A stretch of DNA of 64,000 nucleotides, from positions 165,540,001 to 165,604,000 of the forward strand of contig NC_042999.1 in the NCBI RefSeq assembly GCF_006345805.1. The letters run 5' to 3'. The position numbers and the translations under genes were made by a program. The notes beneath the pieces were generated by a model that made no database searches, was not told the DNA's origin, and saw only the letters and a list, made by a program, of their open reading frames with translations. Below are positions 14,299-25,880 of this stretch, in pieces. This DNA is from Octopus sinensis. Its lineage: Eukaryota. How positions within the stretch are numbered: the stretch's first letter is position 1; every line of letters starts with the position of its first letter.

Positions 14299-14718
14299 GG
14301 TAGGAGTGGCTGTGTGGTAAGTAGCTTGCTTACGAACCACATGGTTCCGGGTTCAGTTCCACTGCGCGGCACCTTGGGTAAGTGTCTTCTACTATAGCCT
14401 CAAGCCGACCAAAGCCTTGTGAGTGGATTTGGTAGAGGGAAACTGAAAGAAGCCCGTCGTATATATGTATATATATATATGTATGTGTGTGTATATGTTT
14501 GTGTGTCTGTGTTTGTCCCCCCAACATCACTTGACAACTGATGCTGGTGTGTTTACGTCCCCATAACTTAGCGGTTCGGCAAAATAGACCGATAGAATAA
14601 GTACTAGGCTTACAAAGAAAAAGTACTGGGGTCAATTTGCTCGATTAAAGGCGGTGCTCCAGCATGGCCACAGTCAAATGACTGAAACAACTAAAAGAGT
14701 ATAAAGAGTAAAAGAGTA
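14299..14718 (+). mobile_element. Full-length tRNA-like SINE family A
   Basis: A-box-like ggctgtgtggtaag, B-box-like ggttcagttcc, central ggcaccttgggtaagtgtcttc, internal (TA/TG)n, and 3' tail gactgaaacaactaaaagag(taaaagag)n. Many relatives occur in the window. Confidence 0.85.
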
Positions 14719-16149
14719 ACCTAGTGCTGCTTAAGGTTAACAATGCTACTCACGATGCTGCTATGTATGTTTTTTGGTCCAAACTGAGCTGGAGAGACAA
14801 TGTTCTGTTGCAATGTTGTTGTGTCCACACAGTTACTCACTCTACTAAAAATAGGAACCATGTCTCTGTAAAATGTCACTCTACTGTCTTTAAAAGGGTT
14901 AAATATATTGAATAACTTAATTTTCAATACCAGACAAAAAAACTGAAATGGTCATATCTAGAAATCCAGTCTTATAAAGCTTCATTACAGAAACCTATAA
15001 CTAAACATATGCTGTCACACATGAAACAGTATGTTATGTTTATAAATAGCAAAGAAAATGTGAAATGTAAATAGTCTAGTAATGTATTAGTAGTACACAC
15101 TAAATATATAACCCAAGAGTATGTGGCTTAATCACAATGATCTTGTAAATAAGTTATTCTCCCAGCTAAGATGTGTGCTTGTTTCTCATCACTACAGTCT
15201 TAATTCTACTCGACCCAGTTTCAATTCATTTTCTCTACATTGATTTGGTTAAGTCATTCTTTGGACATGGAATTAACTAGATCATTAGTGAGCCACAAAT
15301 AAACTCTCTCTTCTGGAAATTTGGAGTGAATTATTAACAGAGATTCCTCAACAGACTGAAAATAAAGATTAAAAGAAAAAGAAGAATCATTGGCTGCCTT
15401 CAAGGCAAATTCCTTAAAATTATTATGGTGTTATCAAATACCTAATAACATTAAATTTCAAATATGGTCCAGTAATAATTAATACACACACACACATGCA
15501 TATACACAATTATATGATAAAATTTTATTTTAGAATTTATGAGAGCAACTGTCTTCAAAGACTTATATTGTCTTTCAATGCTCAAAATGAGGAGTAGATA
15601 GACAGCCGACAACTGATGAAGGGTTGTTCTTTGTGTTACTTGTCCTGTTTTCCATTTGTTTCGCCCGTTGTTTGTGTATTGAACTCATTTGTTTTCATAT
15701 TTCATGTTGTTTACTGTTGGTGACATCCTGTACCCATATATATAAGTAAGTATCTATGATAGTTGCTGGCCATCCCAGACTGGAGCAATGTGGTTGATGT
15801 TTAGTTTGAACTTCTGTAAGTTGAAATGCAGGGGAAATGTTAGCAGAGAGTACTGCAGTTCAGGAAAGAAATTATTGAACACAGCTCTTTCTGCAAAATT
15901 TAGTAGTTGAACAATATGGATGACAGAAAGTATGACAAGTTCTAATGGGCCACAATGGATAGAGGTATGTAATTTAGAAAAGCAAAAGTTTAAAAAAATA
16001 CTTGTGAATACTTTCTATTAACAAAATGCAATATTCTGTGTGGAAAGGGGATATGCAGAGAAAAGGGTAAGATGAGAAAGTGAACATAAATAGACAGATT
16101 GATATTTCTGGAACTAGAGATACGTATATTTTTCTGTTTCCAGGGTAAA

Positions 16150-16871
16150 AATAAGTTAACATACATTTTCAAAATTCAACCCAGAACATAATCTGTCATT
16201 CGCATTGATAAATCTTCTACCTCTCTTTCTCACTTGCATATAGAGATCATTGTGCTTTGTGGTTTGGGGTATACTGATTCCTTAAACAATCCAAAAAAGA
16301 CAGGGAAGAAACTGTTTATGTATTGTCTAGATGAAGCTCTTTCTAATCCTACTCTTTCTATTTAGTTCTATGATATTCCTGACCATCCTCTTATATTCTT
16401 CTTCAGTTCTGCTTTTCCCACCTAAATGGCTTTTTAGGAGATAAAGGTGAATGGCATATTTACATTTCCCCTAGTGATCTTATCCTTTTCTGTGTGGAAA
16501 TGTTACCCATCTCTTATTTTTTTATCTCATGTATGATCTCTTATCAAAGTTGAACTACACCTCAAATCATACAGAATATCAATTATTCATAAATTTATGT
16601 CACCTGCAACTGCATATGAAGGAACTTTAGCTATTAGTAAAGTGTTTGTATGTGAATGGTTTCTTAATATTGTTTTCGTTTCTTTTAGAACTGTTCTGTT
16701 TCTATACATCCGCTTACCATTATCATTACTATCTTCAACCACCTTTGTAATGTTGCTGTTGGTTCTTGAGGAACCAAGTGTAACCAAATATCTCAAGTTG
16801 GAAACCACTTCAATTAATTTACTTGTATCATTTGTACCCTTGAAAAAAAACATTAATGTCACAGATCCCAT
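16150..16871 (-). mobile_element. Old RTE-like LINE remnant (post-RT region)
   Basis: ORF 16587-16871 IEVVSNLRYLVT...NITKVVEDS resembles IEVV..FRYLGS...I..EV..RI of RTE LINEs. A downstream RKRGRR resembles the KRKRGRP motif. Confidence 0.5.
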
Positions 16872-17213
16872 TTTCCAAACAAAAAATCTCCATTCCTATG
16901 TAAAAAGTTACTATTATTCTTTTTCTTTCTTATTTGTTAATAATTTTGACTAAAGATCAAGTCTCATGACCCATTACCTTTAATGAGATATTAAGCAAGA
17001 TATTCAACACTGCTCTTCATACGTAGCTTTTTAGTCTAATTAACAAACACTTTTTGTCAGAAATTATATTGAATGACAAACTTAAGTCAAAGAGTTATAT
17101 TTTTCATTTCTAATTCAAAAATGTTTGTCCCAGAGAAAATTATGAATACCATAACTTCTTGATGTCTCATCACATACCTAAAGAAGGATTATAATTTATA
17201 TTATCATATTATA

Positions 17214-17445
17214 AAGACGGTGAACAGGCAGAAACGTTAGCTTGCCGGGTGAAATGCTAAGCGGTATTTCATCTGCCACTACGTTCTGAGCTCAAATTCC
17301 GCCGAGGTCGACTTGCCTTTCATCCTTTCAGGGTCAATTAAATAAGTACCAGTTACGCACTGGGGTCGATGTAATCGACTTAATCCCTCTGTCTGTCCTT
17401 GTTTGTCCCCTCTGTGTTTAGCCCCTTGTGGGTAGTAAAGAAATA
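17214..17445 (+). mobile_element. Full-length tRNA-like SINE family B
   Basis: gacggtgaacaggcagaaacgttagc..ctgagctcaaattcc..gcctttcatcctttcagggtcaattaaataagtaccag..gtagtaaagaaata. Relatives at 12097, 25658 and 60255. Confidence 0.8.
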
Positions 17446-18239
17446 TATATATTTCAAGATGGTCATTTTATTTTCTTGCCAGATCAACAACCACACTATA
17501 TATTCATTCTTCACTTGTTTATTAGTCTTCTTATTTTATCTTATGTCCATTGTCTGAAAATCTTTCGTTATACATCTGTGACCTCTTCAGCAACTTTTCC
17601 ATCTACATGTATCCTCCTGATCTGTTTAGTAGACCAATAATAATTGAGTGAAGAACAAATATATAGTGTATGTGTTTAATTGGCAAGAAAAAAAATGACT
17701 ATCCCGAAATATAATATCTGCTTCAACACACAAATTCACATCAGGAATCTTGCAAAACAATTCATAAACATAACAGTTATCGTCTATATTTTTCTTTACG
17801 CAATGTTTAATTATATTATATTTAAACTAATTATTTTCCAATCACAAAGAATTTTGATGATGACTATTAACAAATGAAAATAACACAAAATGTCTTTCAA
17901 CATATTTTATTACAAAACATTTTGATTCAAAAATCATCAATTAGAAAAATGTAACAATAGATATGATCTGTTAATGTCATAGTTTACTCAAAATGACATG
18001 TTGAGATAAATGCAATTGTTGATGGAGTTGCTGTTTAACCCAGGTCAACCTTAATTGAGCAAACTTATTATAAAAAACATTGCAGCCATGACCATCCCAC
18101 CTTTATTTCTGGTGTATTTTATCTAGAACTACATTATTTAATGTGTCCATCCTTAAGATGGTGAAATTATACTTGATAGAGATTTGGCTGCTATTCCTAG
18201 CAGATTAAAGTGACCACATCGAAGTTCCCTCAAATTTTT

Positions 18240-18330
18240 TGGATGGATGGATGGATGGATGGATGGAAGGATGGATGGATGGATGGAAGGATGGAAGGAT
18301 GGATGGATGGGTGAATGGATTGATGGATAG
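18240..18330. repeat. (GGAT)n microsatellite
   Basis: Direct reading. Confidence 0.9.
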
Positions 18331-20187
18331 ATGATCAGTTTTAAAGCTGTTATGGCTTTTCTAACAAATTTTACACAGTCCTTCTCAGTACAAGTAAATT
18401 ATTATTTTCTTTGCTTTCTTACCAACATAGTCATTGTATCATCATCATCAATGTTGTCTTTCAATATACTTACAAAATAAGTTGCTTTCTTATCAATTTG
18501 GTTATACACAAAATACCAAATAGAAAAGGAAATATTTTCATATTGCAATGTTGAAGTGTTAAGGCATTTCTGGTGTGAATAATAAGGTTTGATGGTATCA
18601 ACAAAAATAATATATATATGTTATTTATTGCAAATGGCAAATGCTTAAGCTAAACCTTTTCTTTGTTGAATCATGGCTGAAAACAAAAGTTTTAGGAATA
18701 CCATTTGAATTGATGTTTTCTTTCATAAGACACAGCTTCGTTATCAACCCTCAAGAAGAATGAAAGGCATTATCTATTTTGAGATGTAAGACGAGCTTAA
18801 TAAATGATGTAAAACAGCAGAAAAGCAACCAATCTTTACACCAACAGTAAGGAACTATCCAAAACTGATCACAGTAGCAAGAGTTTATTAAAAAAAAGTG
18901 ATCAGGAATTGATCATCCAGTTGATGGTGCATATAGGAAGAGGAGGAAGCGGAAGAGCTAAACAATATCTGTTTCTACCATCAATCTATCTTCCCTTCCA
19001 TTATATTAGTAATTCCTACAACTTTTATTCATTCTTCTGATCACTGAGTTCTTTTGTCTTTAGAGCTGTTTCTAACACAGATAAAAGGCCTGAAACTTTG
19101 GGTTAATGGATCAATTATATCAACTTCAGTGCTTGGTTGGTACTTTATTTTATCAACCCCAGATGAAAGGCAAAGTTGACCTCAGCAAGATTTGAACTCA
19201 GGATACTAAGTGCTTACACTAATACCACAAAGCATTTTGTCTAATGCTTTAATGATTCTGTCACTTTACCACTGGCAGAGAAAGAGAGAGAGGGGGGGAG
19301 AGAGAGCAATAATAATTTCAATTTCAGAACATTTGAAATATAAATGAAATATTATTTTAATAAATCAGTTTTAAAGTCCAATCAGATAATGGTGGGTTTG
19401 TGAAAGAATATTCATTTGACAATAAATTATCCAGTTTTGATTATCAGTAATAGTGACATTGATACCTCAGAAGGAATCTTCCTAAAATGTATCAAATAAT
19501 CCGCAAAACCAGGCCAGTTTGAAGCAAAGGCAATGCTACTACATACAATGGAAGTAGTAGCTGACAACTTTAAGTATGTATATATAGTTTATATGTACAT
19601 ATTCTGAACTGTATCAACTTATTATATATGACATGTGACACATAATGAATCAATGATTACTTCAACATCAGTACTTCATTAATTAGTACTAGAGACCAAT
19701 AAAGTAGATGCTTTCTTTCCAAGAATTTAATTTCAACAAATAAGCTATTTTCCCTTAGTTATTATAGGATATATAAATTTGACATAGATCTGAAGTCACT
19801 TGACTTTTGCACATTCTGATTTAGTTTAACAGTATGTAAATCCAGAACATGCATGATGTGAAATAAATAATATGTTCTCTATATCAGACCAGTTTGTTGT
19901 TAGCTTCAGCTATTAATATGCTGATGTCATCTGAAAACTGATATATTTTCTTAGTGTTTATATAATATAAGATCACCCTTATATTGGCTCCCATTCCAAA
20001 AGAGAGAGAGAGTCTTTTCATAACAGCTGGGAACAAGGATATTTAGAAGAGAGTACTAAATATTTTAATGAGATGTATTTCCAGTACTTCTCTGTTTAAT
20101 TTTGTCTGCTAGATGAGACCATTTTTATTGTGAAATGTAAATTTTCTTTCCATATTCAAACGATAATTTACAAATGTAGAAAGAGGA

Positions 20188-20985
20188 TCATACAGATGAA
20201 GAAATATTTTGTCTTTGAAGTTCTTTTGGTCCTGAAACCACATGAGATTCATTCAGTTCTATATTTTGTTGGTATAAGAAATCTAAACCTGGAACTAGTA
20301 AAAGACAGAGCGTGGCATTTAGCAACATAAGAGGACCTGCAAAATATCGATAACCTGTATAAATGGAACTCACAGCCATGCTAATATCAGTGACACATGG
20401 TTCAATGTTTGTTGATGATAAAGTTTCATTAAATTGTGTGAAATAAAGATCATATCCTTGCATACAGTCTGTCCTTATTAAATTTCTGTAGATAAAACAA
20501 TATGGGTATAATTGTGTGATGCCATTCCAGCACTTTATAAGATTATCTGGGCTGGAGGAATTCTGGGGGCATATTTGGACTGAATTAAAAACTCGAAAAT
20601 AGTCAGTAAATAAAACTGGTTCAGCATAGATTGACATTAAACCAAAGTAGATTTCTGCAGTCATAGCAATAGCTAGTAAGATAGCAGTAGCTCGGCGTCC
20701 AAGAAATCCAAATCCAAATAGAGCAATACAAATAACCAAACAACCAAGGTAGGTTGGTATCACTAATCCAGTGCATGGATGGGCCTTTAAAGAGAAGGCA
20801 CAGGATATATTTTCTAGATTGCTGCGGCATGAGAGTAAGAGTCCTATTCCAAGACCAATTTGTGATAATCCAGCAAAGAGGATGAAGATAAAGATTACCC
20901 GAGTAGTGATTTGGTTACATTTGGTTAATTTGTTTTTGTCAGAAAGTGGAATAAGTTTTTTATCATAGAAATATTCAAGCTTCAT
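20188..20985 (-). CDS. Single-coding-exon four-transmembrane protein (265 aa) with a Cys-rich large loop; tetraspan-like topology, family not recognised
   Basis: Longest non-TE ORF, ATG start with in-frame TAA four codons upstream. Hydrophobic segments at about aa 30-52, 74-96, 99-121 and 215-238. 3 Cys in loop 1, 5 Cys in loop 2; sequons N59, N142, N186; C-terminus SSSV. AATAAA at 20129-20124. Confidence 0.85.
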   Translation of the reverse strand: MKLEYFYDKKLIPLSDKNKLTKCNQITTRVIFIFILFAGLSQIGLGIGLLLSCRSNLENISCAFSLKAHPCTGLVIPTYLGCLVICIALFGFGFLGRRATAILLAIAMTAEIYFGLMSIYAEPVLFTDYFRVFNSVQICPQNSSSPDNLIKCWNGITQLYPYCFIYRNLIRTDCMQGYDLYFTQFNETLSSTNIEPCVTDISMAVSSIYTGYRYFAGPLMLLNATLCLLLVPGLDFLYQQNIELNESHVVSGPKELQRQNISSSV

Positions 20986-21005
20986 ATTGATGTTTTACAG
21001 CAGCT

Positions 21006-21050
21006 CTGTTGAAGAAAAAAGAAAGGAAGAAACAAAAATCAATCAAAATT
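21006..21050 (-). promoter_or_regulatory. 3' splice acceptor 20 nt upstream of the 4TM start codon
   Basis: Minus strand reads ttgattgatttttgtttcttcctttcttttttcttcaacAG|agctgctgtaaaacatcaatATG: a long polypyrimidine tract plus CAG. Confidence 0.7.
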
Positions 21051-21385
21051 TATACATTTTTATGAATTAATTAATGAATTTATTTTTATTATATATATAT
21101 ACATATATATATGTATATATGTGTGTGTGTATATATATATACAAAGTATGGGGGTTTAGTTCACAGGTGATCTAAACAATTAGGAGTGCTAGGTAAGTGC
21201 TACAACATCATTTTATTAATGTATACCATTCTCATTTTCCCTATTTGTCTCTGAAAACGGAATATCACATACTCAGGGATATCCCAGAAACAGCTGTAAG
21301 GTTTTGAATTTCTTCCAACAATGATATTGTATACAACTTGAGATACTTGCCTTGCCTTAATGTTTACTATCCTATTTAGCAATTA

Positions 21386-21433
<48 letters not shown>

Positions 21434-21592
21434 TATATATATATTTTTTCTATTCTTGAGCGTTATACTAATACACCACCTCTCTTTGTCCTTTGTTTTT
21501 TTCGTAAAATCTCCCTATATATATATATAAATTAACAGAATGAGATAAAAATCCAAGGCTGTGAAAGATTCCTGAACATTTATAAAGAGAAG

Positions 21593-21640
21593 GTCTTACA
21601 GGTGCTTCCGGGATATTTCATATGTCCCGTCATCGGAGAT
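21593..21640 (-). ncRNA. Minimal type I hammerhead motif, family F (U4C core, GAAG variant)
   Basis: Minus strand: atct CCGAUGA cggga-catatgaaata-tcccg GAAG cacctg UA agac. Stem II is 5 bp; stem I has 3 of 4 pairs; flanked by (TA)n at about 21520 and 21680. Confidence 0.55.
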
Positions 21641-21689
21641 GGTGCGAGAATATGGTTAAGCAATATTTAAGCATAAATATATATATATT

Positions 21690-23905
21690 CTTTGGTAGTA
21701 AAGGCAATTAGAAGCATGAAGATAGGGAAAGCCCCAGGCCCATCAGGAATTACTGCAGAGATGCTCAAAATATCTAGCAGTGTCAGCTATAGCCTAGTCA
21801 CTTGTATAGTTAACCAGGTGATACACGAAGGAGTCATACCCAATGACTGGTGTAGCAGCATGATAGTCAACTGGTAAAGGTGACATAATAGTCAACAAAG
21901 GTAAAGGTGACGCCCTAGATACAAATAATTACAGAGGTATGAAGCTGTTGGATCAGGTAATAAAGGTTACGGAGAGGGTCATAGCCCAATTGATTAGGAA
22001 GAGAGTCAACTTGGACGAGATGCAGTTTGGTTTCGTGCCAGGGAAAAATACCTAGCCAAAGATAAGCCCCTGTACCTGGCTTTTGTTGACATGGAGAAAG
22101 CCTTCGACAGGGTCCCCCGATCCCTTATCTGGTGGTCAATGAGGAAATTAGGGATAGATGAATGGCTAGTGAGAGCTGTGCAAGCTATGTACAGGTACGC
22201 TGTAAGTAAGGTAAGGGTTGGCAACATGTACACTGAAGAATTCAAGGTAGAGGTTGGGGTCCACCAGGGTTCAGTCCTCAGCCCCCTCCTATTTATCATA
22301 GTCCTCCAGGCAATTACAGAGGAATTCAAGACAGGATGTCTCTGGGAGCTCCTCTATGCTGACGATCTTGCTCTAATTGCTGAGTCACTATCAGAACTGG
22401 AGGAGAAGTTTCAGGTGTGGAAGGAAGGATTAGAATCGAAGGGCCTTAGAGTCAACCTAGCTAAAACAAAAGTCCTAATAAGTAGGAAGGTAGACAAACC
22501 ACAAACGCCTGCTCGATCTATAGAAAAGGCGTAGGTAGAAACCTATAAGATGTACCCAGTGTAAGCTATGGACACATAAGAGGTGCAGCAATGTCAAAGG
22601 AAGGCGAACTGGGAAGATAGTTATTGTATGTGGCAGATGCTCAGGAGCAATAAACACTGAAAATCTGCAGAAAACATCTTCTGTCACTTTCCAGGGGGAA
22701 AAACTAGAAGTAGTTGATAGCTTCCGTTACCTAGGTGACCAAGTCAGTAGTGGGGGTGGGTGTGCTGAAAGTGTAACTGCTAGAGTAAGAATAGCCTGGG
22801 CAAAGTTCAGAGAGCTCTTACCTCTGCTGGTGACAAAGGGCCTCTCGCTCAGAGTAAAAGGCAGACTGTATGATGCATGTGTATGAACAGCCATACTACA
22901 TGGCAGTGAAACATGGGTCATGACTGCTGAGGACATGCGTAACATCATGAGGAATGAAGCCAGTATGCTCCGATGGATGTGTAATGTCAGTGTTCATATT
23001 CGACAGAGTGTAAGTACCTTGAGAGAGAAGTTGGACCTAAGAAGCATCAGTTGTGGTGTGCAAGAGGGAGGGCTATACTGGTATGGTCATGTGGCAAGAA
23101 TGGATGAAGATAGGTGTGTGAAAAAGTGCCAATCCCTAGCAGTTGAGGGAACCCGTGGAAGAGGCAGACCCAGGAAAACCTGGGACGAGGTGGTGAAGCA
23201 CGAACTTCGAACATTAGGCCTCACCGAGGCAATGACTAGTGCCCGAGACCTTTGGAAATATGCTGTGCGTGAGAAGACCCGGCAGAACAAGTGAGTCCAT
23301 CCTGTGTCCCTTGCCAGGGATGTAGCCAGCCCACTTATGCATGCCTTTCCTTCCTTGGACACACGAAGACCTGTTGAAACAATCCTATGACTGGCACCCG
23401 GCAGTTTCCAGGGCTGCTGGACTGACTCCTGTGCAGGTGGCAAGTAAAGAAACAGTTTTGACCCTGTGCTTGAAGAGATCCATTGAGTCAAGGACACCAA
23501 CATCAAAGATCAATGGAAACTGCAGTTGTGGTCCCTGTGCCGGTGGCACATAAAAAGCGCCATCTGAACGTGGCCGATGCCAGCGCCGCCTAGACTGGCT
23601 TCCGTGCTGCTGGCATGTAAAAAGTACCATCCAAACGTGGCCAATGCCAGCGGCACCTAGACTGGCTTCCGTGCCGGTGGCACGTAAAAAGCACCAATCC
23701 AATCGTGGCCGTTGCCAGCCTCACCTGGCACGTAAAAAGCACCCACTACACTCTCGGAGTGGTTGGCGTTAGGAAGGGCATCCAGCTGTAGAAACACTGC
23801 CAGATCAGACTGGAGCCTGGTGCAGCCTTCTGGCTTCCCAGATCCCCTGTCGAACAGTCCAACCCATGCTAGCATGGAGAATGGACATTAAATGATGATG
23901 ATGAT
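21690..23905 (+). mobile_element. 5'-truncated RTE-clade LINE with disrupted reverse transcriptase and intact 3' UTR/tail
   Basis: KAPGPSGITAEMLK, AFVDMEKAFDRVPR, GVHQGSVLSPLLF, LLYADDLAL, FRYLGD, RGRGRPRKTW. Contains stops, frameshifts and a deletion near 22045. Ends ggacattaaa(tga)n. Confidence 0.92.
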
Positions 23906-23924
23906 ATCATTATTTATATATTTA

Positions 23925-24053
23925 TACATAAATATATATACTCATGTGTATATACACATGTGTGTATGTATATATATGCATGTATATATATATGCATATA
24001 TATATACATATATGTATATATATATGCATATATATATACATGCATATATATAC

Positions 24054-24090
<37 letters not shown>

Positions 24091-24183
24091 AATATATATA
24101 GATATATATATACATATATAATACATATATATACACACACACACACACACATTTATACATACATATATATACACATATATATA

Positions 24184-24240
<57 letters not shown>
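23925..24240. repeat. Compound (TA)/(CA)/(TACA) microsatellite
   Basis: Direct reading; it explains the YIYI-type ORFs here. Confidence 0.9.
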
Positions 24241-25657
24241 GTGGTCGTATACTGTCAACTCAATGTGACAGTCTTGTAAGGGAATTACACCACTGCCATT
24301 TAACCCTAGGAAACATCGACGTCTCCTGTCAGCTTTGACACATTTTCTGTGTCCTTATATTTGCAAAGGGGAGGCAATCACCCCCGCCAGCTTGGACTAA
24401 GCACCTGAAGACTTATGTTTCTGAGTCTATTGCTCGTTGTCGGTCCAGGGCAGCCAGTCTCGCTCGCTGAGATGACTGCAACCCCTTTGCAAATATATCA
24501 TATTATCAGTAAAATTTATTTACTGATCACCGAAATTAGAAATATTGAATTTCTAAATGTGAAACTTTTATATCACGTTACAATAGAGATGTCATTGTTT
24601 CTGCTTTGACACATAATACTGAAACAGTCTAAGAGATTTTATCTGGGCTCACATTAGGCAAGAAGTTGAACATTTTTTTTGGCCCATGACACTCCATGGA
24701 GCCTAAGTAATGCATGTGTAAACCTTGAATGAAATCAGTTGGTTAGTTCTTGAGTTCTAGTGATGCATACATACACATGCACTCACACACACATTCTCAG
24801 TTTTATACATATGGATACAAATCCTGTATGTTTTATTTATTTATTACTTTTGCAACTGTTAGCTGAGTGCTCCAGTACTCTCAGTGACATAATTGAAATA
24901 TGATTCATCGTTTGGGAAGATTCAAAACTAATAAACTGCAGGCCCCAAGTATTGTATATTGATTTCAATAAGACCCTTTACTTTAATTGAAATGACACCA
25001 TGGAACGAAAATTTTTTTACATCTGTAAAAGACTGTTCTTTAATTTTTTTTAAATCCTTTTTAATAGAAATAGGAATATTTGCAAAGAAAAACACACTTC
25101 AAAAACCAAATTTTTTGTTATCAAAAAAAATTATAACATTACTGTCTTACAGGGACTACAAAATCAATAAATGTGTATCCAGTTTACTAAGTTGTGCAAA
25201 AGCAAATGAGCTCATCAAAATTTTGGGAAATTTTCTACATCTGTAAAAAACTGTTCTTTTATTTTTTTTTATCCTTTTATTAGAAATAGGAATATTTACA
25301 AAGAAAAACACACATTAAAAAAAATCTAAACTGTAAATCAATGGCAAATATTGTCCAATTGATATCTTTTCTTGCTTAAATATTTACTTTCATTCCAGAG
25401 ATAAAATAAGAAATTGCAGTTACAGTAACATATTTTTACTCTCTTTTCTAGTCTGCTTGACTAATTCTAAATTATATTTTGACAAAATGACAAATAAACT
25501 TGATATCTATACGAGTTTTTGGGAGTGTATATCTGGGAGACAAGAAAGGAAAATGTTGTTTGTACAATCATAACCAATATACAAATGTTAATTATTATCT
25601 TATCAAAGCTTATAATGTTTGTAATATGTTAATTGTTAATATTTATTATAAAAGCCA

Positions 25658-25880
25658 AATGGTGAGCTGACAAAATTATTAGCACACTGGGTAAAATGCT
25701 TAGTAGCATTTCATGTGTCTTTACATTCTGATTTCAAATTCTGCCATGATTGATTTTGCCTTTCATCTTTTTGGGGGTTGATAAAATAAGTACCAGTCAT
25801 GCACTGGAATCAGTATAATGGACTGGACCAAATTGCAGGCCTTGTGCTTATAATAGAAAGGAATAAAAATAATAATAACC
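25658..25880 (+). mobile_element. Diverged SINE family B
   Basis: ggtgagctgacaaaattattagcacactggg..gcctttcatctttttggggg ttgataaaataagtaccag. Confidence 0.65.

Noticed and set aside
15545-15750. CTGATGA-containing, (TA)-ended module resembling a PLE end
   Set aside because: No downstream stem II/GAAA/UH could be folded on either strand.
14299-17445. tRNA genes suggested by A/B-box-like heads
   Set aside because: The heads continue into SINE bodies and no complete cloverleaf could be folded.
23914-24258. YIYI/VCVC-type ORFs here and at 30572-31230, 33107-33605, 49293-49931, 50440-52169
   Set aside because: They are translations of microsatellites.
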